Assembly (NCBI GenBank): GCA_964444705.1
Contig: CAYUHX010000001.1
Span: 17,055-81,054 of the forward strand
Direction: 5' to 3'
DNA: 64,000 nt
Origin: an uncultured Gammaproteobacteria bacterium
Lineage (GTDB): Bacteria; Patescibacteriota; Patescibacteriia; Magasanikbacterales; GWA2-37-8
The translations under genes and the position numbers were made by a program. Below, one piece after another: positions 26,628 to 37,118 of this stretch; position 1 is the stretch's first letter; the number at the start of each line of letters is the position of its first letter. The notes beneath the pieces are model-generated. The model made no database searches. It was not told the DNA's origin and was given only the letters and a program-made list of their open reading frames with translations.

Positions 26628-29360
26628 ATGAAAAAATCAATTTTAGTAATCCTTACTTTCTCTTTATTTTGCCAATTAGCACCCGTCGAAGCCTTTTCAT
26701 TAAGCAGTGCCGAATCCTTCGCAAATATTCGTTTGTCAAAACCACTCAACTCTCCCGACCTGCGCACTCCGCTCAAAACACCATTATTTTCTCCACAGTC
26801 AAACAGCACAAACCCCGCCGAACAAGAAAATGTTCCAAAAGATTCTTGGTATTACAGCAAGGAATACACGGCTCCCGATGAAAATTTTTTATTTGAAACT
26901 AATTTACGTATTGATGAACAAGCTACCCAACGCTTGCCCATTGAACAAGATTTAAAAGGAATGGATTATAATAATCAAGAAAATATCGGTGGATACGAAG
27001 CTGCTTTAGTGATGCGCCAGTCCGGCACCAACGATCGCTATCGGGCCATGTTTTCTTCCACTTGGAAAGAAATATTAATATGGTCGAGTCGCGGCGGTAT
27101 TTTGGCGGTGAAACCTTTTGCATTTGATCCGGGCGTGACGTATAAAGTTTCGTTTGCCAAACACGGCAACCGTTTGTTAGTAGCTGTCAATGACAAAACT
27201 ATTGTTTCGTTGATTGATCGTACCACTCCCATCAAAGTTGACCGTTACGGCTTGGCCACCAAAGAAGGCATCGTGTGGTTTTCTAGAATAAAATCCAAAA
27301 CGCTTACCGGCTCCATTTCTCGTTTGGATACTTCGGTGCATGTGGCTAATTTTTCTTTACGCACTTGGAAAGGTGTTACATGGGGATTTGATGGCGACGA
27401 ACCTATTTTTGCCTTACCGAATCGTACCGCTTTTGCTTCGGAAGTAAAATTGGTGCCAGGGTACGCGGCGCAAATGGCCCTGCAATGGTACATCCAAAAT
27501 TGGGTAGACGAAGCATTTCGTACGGATATTGTAACTAACATTGAAGAACATGAAAAAGGTACTAAATTAAGCTTTACTATTACGAGTAAAGATGAAACCA
27601 ATCGAACAGATTTAATCAACAAAACCAAAGTAACCGTGAGTTATGACGAAGCCAAAAATGTGTATGTGTATGATCATGTCAGTGAGCTCATTGTTCCTGC
27701 TGGATCAAATTTACGGATGAGCTATCCACTTGATATTGCGGATCCGGTATTTTTACAATCAGTTCCCTCCGGAAGTACTTACGGCCGACAATGGCCGGTA
27801 ACGCACCAATGGGGAGCATACCAACACCCTGATGGTAATTATTATAAACAGCCTTTTAATCACGCCGATTGGTATCCAGGCTACGGTACTCAGGAATTTT
27901 GGAATAAAGGCATGCACAAAATGAAAGCCGATGGCGGTTCGTGGGCTTTGGTGGGCGACAGGATCGCTAATCCAGTATTACAATGGAACGAATCACCGAC
28001 GCGCAATGAATTTAGCGCGCTTGTCTGCTGGTTCGCTTACGACCTGCATTTTAATTGGATGCCAGGAGATGGTAGCCCCGTTACCTTGCCAAGTGGTACA
28101 TATACCTTTAAATGGAGCGTATCTTCGCTTCCTGGAGATGAAGCCGATGCTCGCTTAAGCTCGGCGAAATATGCGGTGGAAGGCGACATGAGCTTAAAAT
28201 GGTTGCTTTATACTGGTGGCGTGGGTCATGTCGAAAAATTTGATAAAACCGCTTTACGAGCTTCACCGTTTGGAGAGTATATCTGGGGAGATAGCGCCTA
28301 TCAAGACACTGCTGTTGGCTATGATGATACTACCTCACTACGCCTGGAAGGTCCGGATTTTGTAAAAACCTCAGCGGGCGATAGCATGTTTACCGAGTCA
28401 TTTTTGCCGGACACTGACTATGAAATTTCTGCGTGGATAAAAACTGAAAATGTGCAGGGCAAGGGCCCCGGCATCATCTTTAGCGGGCAGCCCTATTATC
28501 CCGGTATCACCGGCACTACCGACTGGCAACAAATTGGCTTCGTGGCTCGCCCGCAAGAGCCGCTTTATTCGGTGCCGTTCTTTTTACACAATGCCGGTTC
28601 GGGCAAGGTATGGTTCGACAACTTCCAGATTCGCCCTATTACTGCCGTGAATCCAGTCGCGCTAAACTTAAACAATCGTCCTCGCCCTATTGCCAAAGGA
28701 ATTGCCATAGATCCAAACGCCTATTTGATTCTTGATCCAAAAAATGCGCTGACAGATGCGGCGCGCACCGTTCTGGATGGTTCAAATCGCCAAAATAACG
28801 GCGTGTTACAAAATGCGACAGTCGAAACAGTAGCAGAAAACAAGATATTCCGTTTCCGCGGCAACGACGCGCAAGTTTTGATGCGCGGGCATGAAAGCAC
28901 GGATTTTTCGGCTCCTGCCACCTTGGTCACCTGGATCAAACCGGGAACCGGTGTAAATGGCTGGAACGTGGTGGCGAGCGGTGGCATTGATCGGGCCGAT
29001 TATTGGCGTATTATTCTCAGCAAAGTAGATGATTATCGATTAGCCGTACACACGCCAGGAGGCACAATTGATGGTAGCGGTACGATTGTGCCAGAAGGCG
29101 TCTGGTCGCAATTGGCCTTGGTTGACGATGGCACTACCGCATCATTCTATTTCAATGATACGCTGGTTGGTACCACGCCTTCCAATGGGAATATTTTTGG
29201 CAAAGGCCCAACCGGGTATGTGCGATTAGGGGCCATGTCCTATGAAGGGCGGCCGACTTCAGGAGTTGAAGGTGATGTGAGCGCGCTCACTATTTTCACC
29301 AAAGCTTGGAGTGCGGAGGAAATAAAAGCGAGCTATCTAAAAGGACCGTTTGGATTATAG
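26628..29360 (+). CDS. Secreted beta-rich protein with carbohydrate-binding-module-like and C-terminal LamG/concanavalin-like domains
   Basis: Signal peptide (..PVEA); 'YEISAWIKTENV...ITGTTDWQQ...GKVWFDNFQI' (CBM4/9-like); 'DGSNRQNNGVL...TLVTWIKP...WSQLALV...YFND...GDVSALTIFTKAWSAEEI' (LamG-like). Confidence 0.75.
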   Translation: MKKSILVILTFSLFCQLAPVEAFSLSSAESFANIRLSKPLNSPDLRTPLKTPLFSPQSNSTNPAEQENVPKDSWYYSKEYTAPDENFLFETNLRIDEQATQRLPIEQDLKGMDYNNQENIGGYEAALVMRQSGTNDRYRAMFSSTWKEILIWSSRGGILAVKPFAFDPGVTYKVSFAKHGNRLLVAVNDKTIVSLIDRTTPIKVDRYGLATKEGIVWFSRIKSKTLTGSISRLDTSVHVANFSLRTWKGVTWGFDGDEPIFALPNRTAFASEVKLVPGYAAQMALQWYIQNWVDEAFRTDIVTNIEEHEKGTKLSFTITSKDETNRTDLINKTKVTVSYDEAKNVYVYDHVSELIVPAGSNLRMSYPLDIADPVFLQSVPSGSTYGRQWPVTHQWGAYQHPDGNYYKQPFNHADWYPGYGTQEFWNKGMHKMKADGGSWALVGDRIANPVLQWNESPTRNEFSALVCWFAYDLHFNWMPGDGSPVTLPSGTYTFKWSVSSLPGDEADARLSSAKYAVEGDMSLKWLLYTGGVGHVEKFDKTALRASPFGEYIWGDSAYQDTAVGYDDTTSLRLEGPDFVKTSAGDSMFTESFLPDTDYEISAWIKTENVQGKGPGIIFSGQPYYPGITGTTDWQQIGFVARPQEPLYSVPFFLHNAGSGKVWFDNFQIRPITAVNPVALNLNNRPRPIAKGIAIDPNAYLILDPKNALTDAARTVLDGSNRQNNGVLQNATVETVAENKIFRFRGNDAQVLMRGHESTDFSAPATLVTWIKPGTGVNGWNVVASGGIDRADYWRIILSKVDDYRLAVHTPGGTIDGSGTIVPEGVWSQLALVDDGTTASFYFNDTLVGTTPSNGNIFGKGPTGYVRLGAMSYEGRPTSGVEGDVSALTIFTKAWSAEEIKASYLKGPFGL

Positions 29361-29380
29361 ATGCAACAATTTTTTAACGA

Positions 29381-29420
29381 ATTAAAAACAGCGATAATTT
29401 TTCTATCGCTGTTTTTTAAT
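29381..29420. terminator. Bidirectional terminator
   Basis: AAAAACAGCGATA...TATCGCTGTTTTT between convergent genes. Confidence 0.8.
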
Positions 29421-29435
29421 TAATATTACTTTTTA

Positions 29436-29942
29436 TTATCCTTTGTTTAAACGCCTAGGAATCATAAAATTCTTTACATACTCATAACTTCGAGGATCAT
29501 TTTTTATTCTATTCATTTCCGCATAAATTTCTTGAGCCACTTGACGAGGACTCACTTTGCAATCATCACTACGATATAATTCCCAAGCTGACAAATCACC
29601 TTCAGAATGTTGGTTAAACCCCCAAAGTTTTTCTTTAGGTTCCTCAAGTCTGTTTCTTTCACGGAGGACTCTTTGAGCTGCTAAATCAAAAATGCAACGA
29701 GTTTCAGCGTCTTTGGTTTGAAGAGCTATCATATGAGATTTGTCAACTCTGGGATGCATTATTGTAAGATATCCTTTTTCAAGAGCTTGATACCAATTTT
29801 CATAACCTGTATCATCTTTAGCTCTCTCGACAATTTCTTCTGCCAAATCATAGTCTTTTTTTGTATCGCCGGGACGCAGTAAGTCTTGCATTTTCTTAGC
29901 TTCTGCTTCAGCGTCTTCTAAAGAATAACGTAATTCTCTCAT
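29436..29942 (-). CDS. Hypothetical protein
   Basis: 168-aa ORF with T-ATG start; no motif. Confidence 0.7.
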   Translation of the reverse strand: MRELRYSLEDAEAEAKKMQDLLRPGDTKKDYDLAEEIVERAKDDTGYENWYQALEKGYLTIMHPRVDKSHMIALQTKDAETRCIFDLAAQRVLRERNRLEEPKEKLWGFNQHSEGDLSAWELYRSDDCKVSPRQVAQEIYAEMNRIKNDPRSYEYVKNFMIPRRLNKG

Positions 29943-29961
29943 ATTATTTAATAATAAGTAT

Positions 29962-31539
29962 TTACGGCGCCCCCTCGCTCCTTTTTACCGTCCCGCCCGC
30001 GACGAACGTCCCTTTTTCCAGGTCGCTAAATACCCGATTCATCGGGCCAAAATAAATGCCGTGCGGATAGGCAAGACCACTCGAGGCCTGACAGTAACGA
30101 ACTTTTTTTAGCGTCGCTTTATCAGCTGGCATTTTATTGGTCAGTGCACATTTTTGGGCTGCGGCTTTATCACGATAACCGCTTTGCACAATTTCGTATT
30201 TTACTTGCGCGCCGATTTTTTTAGCAACCTTAACATCCTCTTCGCCCACTTTTTGAATCTCTTTCCATTTTTCTTGGTAGGGCAAATAATCATCCTCAAT
30301 TACATTCAAAAAAATCTTTTTACCTTTGTTCATAGCAATACGCACCAAGCCAGGCGAATCAAGTGGAATGCTGGCAGTATCTTTAAATTGACACACGCGT
30401 GGCAAATACCCCCAACCGCACCAGCGACCAATAAAACCGGTTACGCCATTATTGCCGCTGGCTTCCTCAATCGCTAAATCATCAGCGCGCCACGGGTAGC
30501 TAAGCGGGCCGGCATTAGAAACAATGATGGAAACATCAGGATCAAGTACACCGTACATGAGCGAGCTATACGCGCCTTTGGAATGACCAGAGACAATCAA
30601 TTTTTTTTGATTAGAAATAGTAAAATTTCCTTCTTTTTGTAAGGCCAGAACCGCGTTGATGCCACGACGCGTACGGATTTGTTCCGCCAGCAATACCGAC
30701 ATATCAGGAAAATACTGGCGAATTTTATGCATGGCCACGGTATCGTATTCCAGTGACGTATCTTGTCCGCCCGGATATTCCCGCATCGTGCCATACCCCG
30801 GCATATCTGGCCCGGCCAGTACAATGTACCCGCGACGAGCGAATTCTACGCCCAGTGCATACGCCGGCGCAATCCCTTCGCCTTCGGTACAGGCGCCGAT
30901 TTGTTCGCGTGAAGCACACGCTGCCAGTGTCTGATGGCGGGCAATTACTAATTCGCGCGGCCCAGTATAATCACTGCGCGGCACCATTAAATAGCCATAA
31001 GATTTTTCACCAAGTAATCCATCAAATTCAAAACCATATACTTGAATATTTTCCTCAGCTGGTTTGGTTGGTTTCACAAAACCCAGGTCTTCCCACACTG
31101 GCTTGGCAAAAAACCCCCGATCAGTTTTAGTGATATGTGCTACCTTCATTTGATCCTCTGTTAATCCAGGATCCAATTTTAATTTCGGATTCAACGGCAC
31201 GCATGTATCCTGAAATTTCCCGCCCAGCATCCATTCTAAAGCTTTTCGCAATTTTTCCGGATTTTTTATTTCTTCTTCGGTAAGCGGTACCAACTCCTTT
31301 TTCCCTTCTTGGCTGGTTTTAAATTGCGGTGGCAGGCCTTTTTTCTTTTGTTCTTGTATTAATTCTTTGCCCCAAAACCGCACCTCTTCTTTAAGAGGTG
31401 TTTGAGGAACCTCCAAACAATTTTTTTTCTTCTCACTTTCTGCTTGAGCTGGTGATGAAATTGCCAAAATCCCCACCGCAGAAAAAATTAAAAAAATTGC
31501 ACTATTCACCAAAATAAGAGTATGTGTTTTTTTGTACAT
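29962..31539 (-). CDS. Exported alpha/beta-hydrolase (esterase-like)
   Basis: Signal peptide ending AQA; RRGYIVLAGPDMPGYG; nucleophile elbow GHSKG; C-terminal His (YPHG). Start set at MYKK. Confidence 0.75.
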   Translation of the reverse strand: MYKKTHTLILVNSAIFLIFSAVGILAISSPAQAESEKKKNCLEVPQTPLKEEVRFWGKELIQEQKKKGLPPQFKTSQEGKKELVPLTEEEIKNPEKLRKALEWMLGGKFQDTCVPLNPKLKLDPGLTEDQMKVAHITKTDRGFFAKPVWEDLGFVKPTKPAEENIQVYGFEFDGLLGEKSYGYLMVPRSDYTGPRELVIARHQTLAACASREQIGACTEGEGIAPAYALGVEFARRGYIVLAGPDMPGYGTMREYPGGQDTSLEYDTVAMHKIRQYFPDMSVLLAEQIRTRRGINAVLALQKEGNFTISNQKKLIVSGHSKGAYSSLMYGVLDPDVSIIVSNAGPLSYPWRADDLAIEEASGNNGVTGFIGRWCGWGYLPRVCQFKDTASIPLDSPGLVRIAMNKGKKIFLNVIEDDYLPYQEKWKEIQKVGEEDVKVAKKIGAQVKYEIVQSGYRDKAAAQKCALTNKMPADKATLKKVRYCQASSGLAYPHGIYFGPMNRVFSDLEKGTFVAGGTVKRSEGAP

Positions 31540-31552
31540 GTACCTATTTTTA

Positions 31553-34330
31553 CTATAAATACTTTGCGGTCCAACCTTTTTTGCGAGAGATAAGATCAGC
31601 CGGCGTACCAAAATCAACAATTTCACCACCACTCTCGCCTCCTTCAGGGCCAAGATCAATTACCCAATCACTGGAACGAATCATCTCCACATTATGCTCA
31701 ATCACAAGAACGCTATTACCTTTGTTCACCAAAGCATTAAGCACCTGGAGTAAGCGTTTAATATCTTCAAAGTGCAAACCTGTAGTAGGCTCATCCAGAA
31801 TATAAAGCGTTTTACCAGTAGAATGGCGCGCTAATTCTTGAGCAAGCTTGATACGCTGTGCCTCACCGCCTGAAAGGGTTGTAGCAGGTTGGCCAAGCTC
31901 AATATACCCCAAACCTACTTCACGGAGCACATTAAGCTTATCTGCAATCGCCGGAATATCACAAAAAAATTTAAACGCTTCTTCGACAGTCATCTTGAGC
32001 ACGTCGGCAATATGTTTGTTGTGATAATGCACTTCCAGAGCTTCTCGATTATACCGCCACCCACCACACTCATTACACTCCACATATACATCCGCCAAAA
32101 ATTGCATGGGAATACGAATATATCCATCACCACTACACGCTTCACATCGCCCACCACCCTTTACATTAAAACTAAATTTACCTGCATCATACGCACGCAT
32201 TCGTGCTTCTGGCAAAGACGCAAACAGATCTCGAATCAAATTAAAGATACCCGTATAAGTAGCCGGATTCGAACGTGGTGTGCGGCCAATCGGTGATTGA
32301 TCGATGGTAATCACCTTATCAATATGCGACAACCCCTGAATACTTTTGTGCGCCCCTGGCTCTTCTTTGGCGCGATAAAAATACTTAGCTAAGGCTTTAC
32401 TTAAAATATCGATAATTAATGTCGATTTACCCGATCCCGACACACCCGTAACACACACTAATCGACCAAGCGGAATATCGACATCAATATTTTTAAGGTT
32501 ATGAGCCGAAGCACCAGTAATCACAATTGACTTCCCCGTTCCTTTACGCACGACACGTTTTATAACCCCAATATTAGCTCGTCCAAAAAGATAGTCTGCC
32601 GTTAAAGAATCAGTTGATTTTTTAAACTCTTTAAGAGTGCCCTGTGCAATCACTTGTCCGCCATATACCCCGGCCCCTGGCCCCACATCAACCAAATAAT
32701 CGGCGGCGAGCATCATGGTGGCATCGTGCTCAACCACGATAACGGTATTACCCAAATCACGAAGATATTTAAGCGTTTCAATTAATTTTTGATTATCACG
32801 TGGGTGTAAACCAACCGATGGTTCGTCGAGCACATACACAATACCACTCAATCCCGAAGAGAGTTGCGTTGCCAAACGCACGCGAGTCACCTCACCGCCC
32901 GACAATGTATTCATGGCGCGATCAAGATTTAAATACCCTAAGCCTACACGCTCTAAATTTTCTAACCGCGGCACGATTTCACGAATAATCAAATCTGCCA
33001 CTTTTGAACTTTTTATTTCGCCTGTCAACACTCGTTTGACATCTTCCACATTCATCGCAGAAAAAGCCGAGATAGTATAATCTCCTAAACGTACGGCCAA
33101 CGACTCAGCCTTAAGACGTTTTCCTTGGCACACAGAACAAATTTTTTCTCGCATGTACTGCTCAATTTCTTTGCGCACATACTCAGAATTGGTTTCAAGG
33201 TGTTTGCTCATGAGATCGGGGATGACACCTACAAAACCAGTTTTCTTACCTTCAACGTCATACCATTCTTCGCCACTGCCATACAAAATGACATTCAAAA
33301 TTTTTGGTGATAAATCAACCACTGGAGTGTTGAGCGAAAAATTAAATCGATCGGCCACCGCTGCAAGAAGTTTGGTGTAAAAACTATGATTGCCGGTAAT
33401 ACGAGTCCAAGGCTGGATCGCACCTTCGGCTAAAGTAAGCCGTGCGTTTGGAATAACCAAACTCGCGTCAACCTCCATCGTCACCCCAAGACCAGTGCAA
33501 CGTGTGCACGCGCCATAGGGACTATTAAAACTAAAACTGCGCATATCAACCGGCGCCATGGTGCGACCACATTTTAAACAAATTCCCATGGTTGAACACA
33601 ATTTGTTTTTTTCTTCAGCCGAGAGCATCACCACCCCATTCGCAAGGTCAAGCGCACTTTCAATAAGCTTAGTAGGGTCTTGTTTTTTAATATCAGTAAT
33701 AGTGCCAATGAGTATCTCTACCGTGTAGAGGACATCTTTCTCAAACTGAAAATCAAGCAAATCGTTAATTTTAAAACGATTACCATTGAGACGCAACCAT
33801 TCAAACCCCGATTTTTCAATTCGCTCAAGTAATGATTTTTTTTCTATTTTTCCCTCGCGAATAAGAGGTGCATACACAGAAACTTCACCACTTTTACGGG
33901 CAAAACGACGTAATTCTTCCACAATTTCTCCACTCGTTTTCACCTCAACCGCCAAATGACATTCGGGGCAATACTGCTCACCCACGCGGGCAAAAAGCAA
34001 ACGCAAAAGATCATAAATCTCGGTTACGGTGCCCACGGTTGAACGTGGATTTTGCGTTGACATCTTTTGATCAATGGCGATAGTTGGCGATAAACCTTCA
34101 ATCGAATCGGCATCTGGTTTGTCTTGGGTTTCCATGAATTGTCGCGCATACGACGACATTGACTCCGCATAACGCCGCTGCCCTTCGGCATAAATAGTAT
34201 CAAACGCAAGACTCGATTTTCCTGATCCAGATAAACCAGTGATCACCACCAATTTATGCTTAGGAATTTCAATATCTACATTCTTTAAATTATGAACCCT
34301 GGCGCCACGAATTTTAATAGTGTCTGACAT
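31553..34330 (-). CDS. uvrA: Excinuclease ABC subunit A, paralog 1
   Basis: [23 protein letters not shown], two ABC cassettes, Zn fingers, [12 protein letters not shown]. Confidence 0.95.
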   Translation of the reverse strand: MSDTIKIRGARVHNLKNVDIEIPKHKLVVITGLSGSGKSSLAFDTIYAEGQRRYAESMSSYARQFMETQDKPDADSIEGLSPTIAIDQKMSTQNPRSTVGTVTEIYDLLRLLFARVGEQYCPECHLAVEVKTSGEIVEELRRFARKSGEVSVYAPLIREGKIEKKSLLERIEKSGFEWLRLNGNRFKINDLLDFQFEKDVLYTVEILIGTITDIKKQDPTKLIESALDLANGVVMLSAEEKNKLCSTMGICLKCGRTMAPVDMRSFSFNSPYGACTRCTGLGVTMEVDASLVIPNARLTLAEGAIQPWTRITGNHSFYTKLLAAVADRFNFSLNTPVVDLSPKILNVILYGSGEEWYDVEGKKTGFVGVIPDLMSKHLETNSEYVRKEIEQYMREKICSVCQGKRLKAESLAVRLGDYTISAFSAMNVEDVKRVLTGEIKSSKVADLIIREIVPRLENLERVGLGYLNLDRAMNTLSGGEVTRVRLATQLSSGLSGIVYVLDEPSVGLHPRDNQKLIETLKYLRDLGNTVIVVEHDATMMLAADYLVDVGPGAGVYGGQVIAQGTLKEFKKSTDSLTADYLFGRANIGVIKRVVRKGTGKSIVITGASAHNLKNIDVDIPLGRLVCVTGVSGSGKSTLIIDILSKALAKYFYRAKEEPGAHKSIQGLSHIDKVITIDQSPIGRTPRSNPATYTGIFNLIRDLFASLPEARMRAYDAGKFSFNVKGGGRCEACSGDGYIRIPMQFLADVYVECNECGGWRYNREALEVHYHNKHIADVLKMTVEEAFKFFCDIPAIADKLNVLREVGLGYIELGQPATTLSGGEAQRIKLAQELARHSTGKTLYILDEPTTGLHFEDIKRLLQVLNALVNKGNSVLVIEHNVEMIRSSDWVIDLGPEGGESGGEIVDFGTPADLISRKKGWTAKYL

Positions 34331-34352
34331 AGTTCTCCTTCCTTAAATAAAA

Positions 34353-35798
34353 CTATTTGGAAATATTAAAACGTTTAAAATAAACTTGACGATGCTCTTC
34401 TCCACCAACAGTGGGAATATCTTTTATAGACGCAGCCTCGATATTGAGCGGAATTCCTTTTTTTAACTCTTCGACACTAAAAAAATAAGATTGATTAATA
34501 TCATATTTGTGCGTATCAAAAAATCCCCGATTTAAAGCCGTTCCATCACCCAAATCAACTCCATCTTTGCCAATATAATGAACTTGCACCGCACCCGCAT
34601 AAGTCTCATTCATTCCAAGTTTGAGCACAAAACCTCTAAATTTTTCTTTTCCACCGATACAATGTATGGTTGGTAGATTTAAATCTGCATCTGAGGCTTG
34701 CACCGTAAAAACCTGTGTTTTACCATCTGCAAGTGTCTGTAATTTTGCACTGGAATTTTCAACCATTGATACACCACTTTCACCTTCAACACACACCGCA
34801 TACAACCCCTCCACCGAACTTACTGACGGATTATTCCACTCTCGAGTTAAAAAATCAGGAAAAAAATCCTTAACAAAAGAATTGTGTGTAATAGTTCCAA
34901 TAATATTACCTTTCTTGCACAAATACTTCTTTTCATTAGGATCGGAAACGCAGATTGGTTTCTTGCCCCCTTCATCATCACACCAATTTCCCCAACAGGT
35001 GGCACCACCGCCCTGTTTCACAAAAAAACGCTTACCGCAATAAAAATTACGAGCATTGCTTTTTTCTGGAGGAACTTTGGTTTCATCTTTGAAGGTAATG
35101 TCGAACTTTGTATCTTTACCTGCCGGTTTGACCGGATTCTGTTGGTCGTCAACTCCCGAAGCAAGAGCAAAGCTTTTATCATTTTTTATTTCATCCCCCG
35201 CATCAGCACAAAATTTTGGCAACATTTTTATAGACCTCACCACATACACCGACGGCAAACGCAACTGCACGAGCGCAGGGTTGAGGGTGTTCAAAATAAA
35301 ATATGACAAAAAAACAATAAAAAGTCCTGTCACTGCACCAACAATTTTCTTTTTAGCCCCAGAAATAACCTCAGTATTACCACCCGAAGTTGTCCATTGA
35401 ATTCCCGCTAGCATGATAATGATGGTGGCCAAAATTGGCGCCACACCAATTGCATATTTATATCCAAGCTGAATGAATTCACCAATATTTTGAAATTTAT
35501 TTTTTCCAAAAAAAGTTATCGCCGTTTTACTTTGCCCGGCCGGCAAACATTTACCCCATTCTTTACCCACGCACGGCTCTTCGCCCTGAATCCAGCCATC
35601 TTTTGACTCTGCCTCATTAACAAGAGGATCTTGTGCTCGACGATATTCAGCACAATCCTTTTGTTTCCAACAAAGCGGATTAAATTCAGGAATAACTGTT
35701 TCGTTTGCTGCAACACAGACCGACCACGACCCAACCAAAGCCACCATCACACACACGCCGAATAAAAATTGTTTCCAAAAATTAAATGTTGACTTCAT
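34353..35798 (-). CDS. CPR-type pilin-domain membrane protein (VirB2/TrbC-like two-helix core) with Cys-rich extensions
   Basis: Signal peptide; core 'YAIGVAPILATIIIMLAGIQWTTSGGN...AKKKIVGAVTGLFIVFLSYFILNTLNPALV'; many Cys. Start set at MKST. Confidence 0.75.
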   Translation of the reverse strand: MKSTFNFWKQFLFGVCVMVALVGSWSVCVAANETVIPEFNPLCWKQKDCAEYRRAQDPLVNEAESKDGWIQGEEPCVGKEWGKCLPAGQSKTAITFFGKNKFQNIGEFIQLGYKYAIGVAPILATIIIMLAGIQWTTSGGNTEVISGAKKKIVGAVTGLFIVFLSYFILNTLNPALVQLRLPSVYVVRSIKMLPKFCADAGDEIKNDKSFALASGVDDQQNPVKPAGKDTKFDITFKDETKVPPEKSNARNFYCGKRFFVKQGGGATCWGNWCDDEGGKKPICVSDPNEKKYLCKKGNIIGTITHNSFVKDFFPDFLTREWNNPSVSSVEGLYAVCVEGESGVSMVENSSAKLQTLADGKTQVFTVQASDADLNLPTIHCIGGKEKFRGFVLKLGMNETYAGAVQVHYIGKDGVDLGDGTALNRGFFDTHKYDINQSYFFSVEELKKGIPLNIEAASIKDIPTVGGEEHRQVYFKRFNISK

Positions 35799-35799
35799 A

Positions 35800-36552
35800 T
35801 TATTTTGAAGAAAGAAATCGATCCCATAATTCAAACGGAATCACACCTTCAACCCTCTCGCCATTAATAAAAAAAGTAGGCGTCCCCCGAACACCAAAAC
35901 GCAAGCCATCGGCATAATCACGATTAATTGCCACCGCTGTAGCTGGCGTAGAAAGACACGCGTTCAATTTGTTTTTATCGAGGCGTGTATTTTTTACTAA
36001 TTCATTAATTTCTGCCTCACCCCAACTACTAGTAAAAAAAGTATCTTGAGAGGCGAAGAAAAAATCATACACGGGCCAAAAAAGATTTTGAGCTTTAGCA
36101 CATTGCCCAACTTCGGCCAACTGCGTTGCTCCTGGGTGCAATGATTCAACCGGAAAATTTCTGAACACAAAACGTACTTTCCCGGGGTATTTTTGCAACA
36201 CCTGGGCCACAATTGGGACTGCTAATTTACAATTGGGACATTTAAAATCTATAAACTCCACCACCGTAATCGGTGCGTCAGCCTGGCCAAAAACTAAAAA
36301 ATCCCCTTGTTCCAAATCTTTCCTTTCAGCTGCCGAAAGTACTCCATTTTGTGATACCGGTCCAGCGGCGGCACTAAACCGACCGCCCGATCCTTCCAAA
36401 GTGATTAAGTCACCCTGTTTTATCTGCCGCAGATACGACAAAGTAATATAACCAAACACAGTCAGCATGAAAATGATAGCTCCGCCTACCACAAGAGAGG
36501 TAATACCCCACCATTTTTTATACCATGGCTTTAAAATCACGGCGACATCCAT
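35800..36552 (-). CDS. Membrane-anchored DsbA-family thiol-disulfide oxidoreductase
   Basis: KPWYKKWW plus TM, EFIDFKCPNC, RNFP, GVRGTPTFFING. Confidence 0.9.
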   Translation of the reverse strand: MDVAVILKPWYKKWWGITSLVVGGAIIFMLTVFGYITLSYLRQIKQGDLITLEGSGGRFSAAAGPVSQNGVLSAAERKDLEQGDFLVFGQADAPITVVEFIDFKCPNCKLAVPIVAQVLQKYPGKVRFVFRNFPVESLHPGATQLAEVGQCAKAQNLFWPVYDFFFASQDTFFTSSWGEAEINELVKNTRLDKNKLNACLSTPATAVAINRDYADGLRFGVRGTPTFFINGERVEGVIPFELWDRFLSSK

Positions 36553-36724
36553 ACCAATTACCCTCACCTGGCTAATTTAAGAATTAAATAGTACCATCAA
36601 TTTCAAATTTTGACAAATCTAAATAGGGCTAAATCTGCGCTTGAGAAGCCTACAAATCTTCTGTCAAAGCCATTGACAGAACCGCCGCGCTCATGCTACA
36701 ATGAACGCACTTAAATTTTTCTTT

Positions 36725-37036
36725 ATGAAAAAAGACCTTCATCCTGAATACTTTGCTGCCGCCATGGTAACCTGCGCCTGTGGGAATTCTTTTGCGACCG
36801 GAAGTACTTTAAAAGAGATTCGTATTGAGCTTTGCAGCCAATGCCACCCTTTTTATACTGGTAAACAAAAATTTGTCGATACAGCTCGTCGTGTCGAAAA
36901 ATTCCAAGAACGAACGGTACGCCAAGATGCTGCGGCCGCCACTCGTAAAGGTAAAAAAGTGAAAAAGATTGCCGTTGCTAAGAAAAAATCCGACAAAAAA
37001 GCTGCTGAAGCCACCAAACAAGGGACTGAAAAATAG
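36725..37036 (+). CDS. rpmE: 50S ribosomal protein L31 (Zn-binding type) with Lys-rich tail
   Basis: [23 protein letters not shown]; upstream promoter TTGACA-18-TACAAT. Confidence 0.97.
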   Translation: MKKDLHPEYFAAAMVTCACGNSFATGSTLKEIRIELCSQCHPFYTGKQKFVDTARRVEKFQERTVRQDAAAATRKGKKVKKIAVAKKKSDKKAAEATKQGTEK

Positions 37037-37047
37037 CTTTTCCATTT

Positions 37048-37078
37048 TAAAAACAGGCCATTCATAGGTCTGTTTTTA
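37048..37078 (+). terminator. Terminator-like hairpin between rpmE and prfA
   Basis: AAAAACAGGCC-attcata-GGTCTGTTTTT. Confidence 0.7.
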
Positions 37079-37118
37079 TTTTTAGACGCATCTTCAATAC
37101 CCTGTTTTTTCTTCTTAT

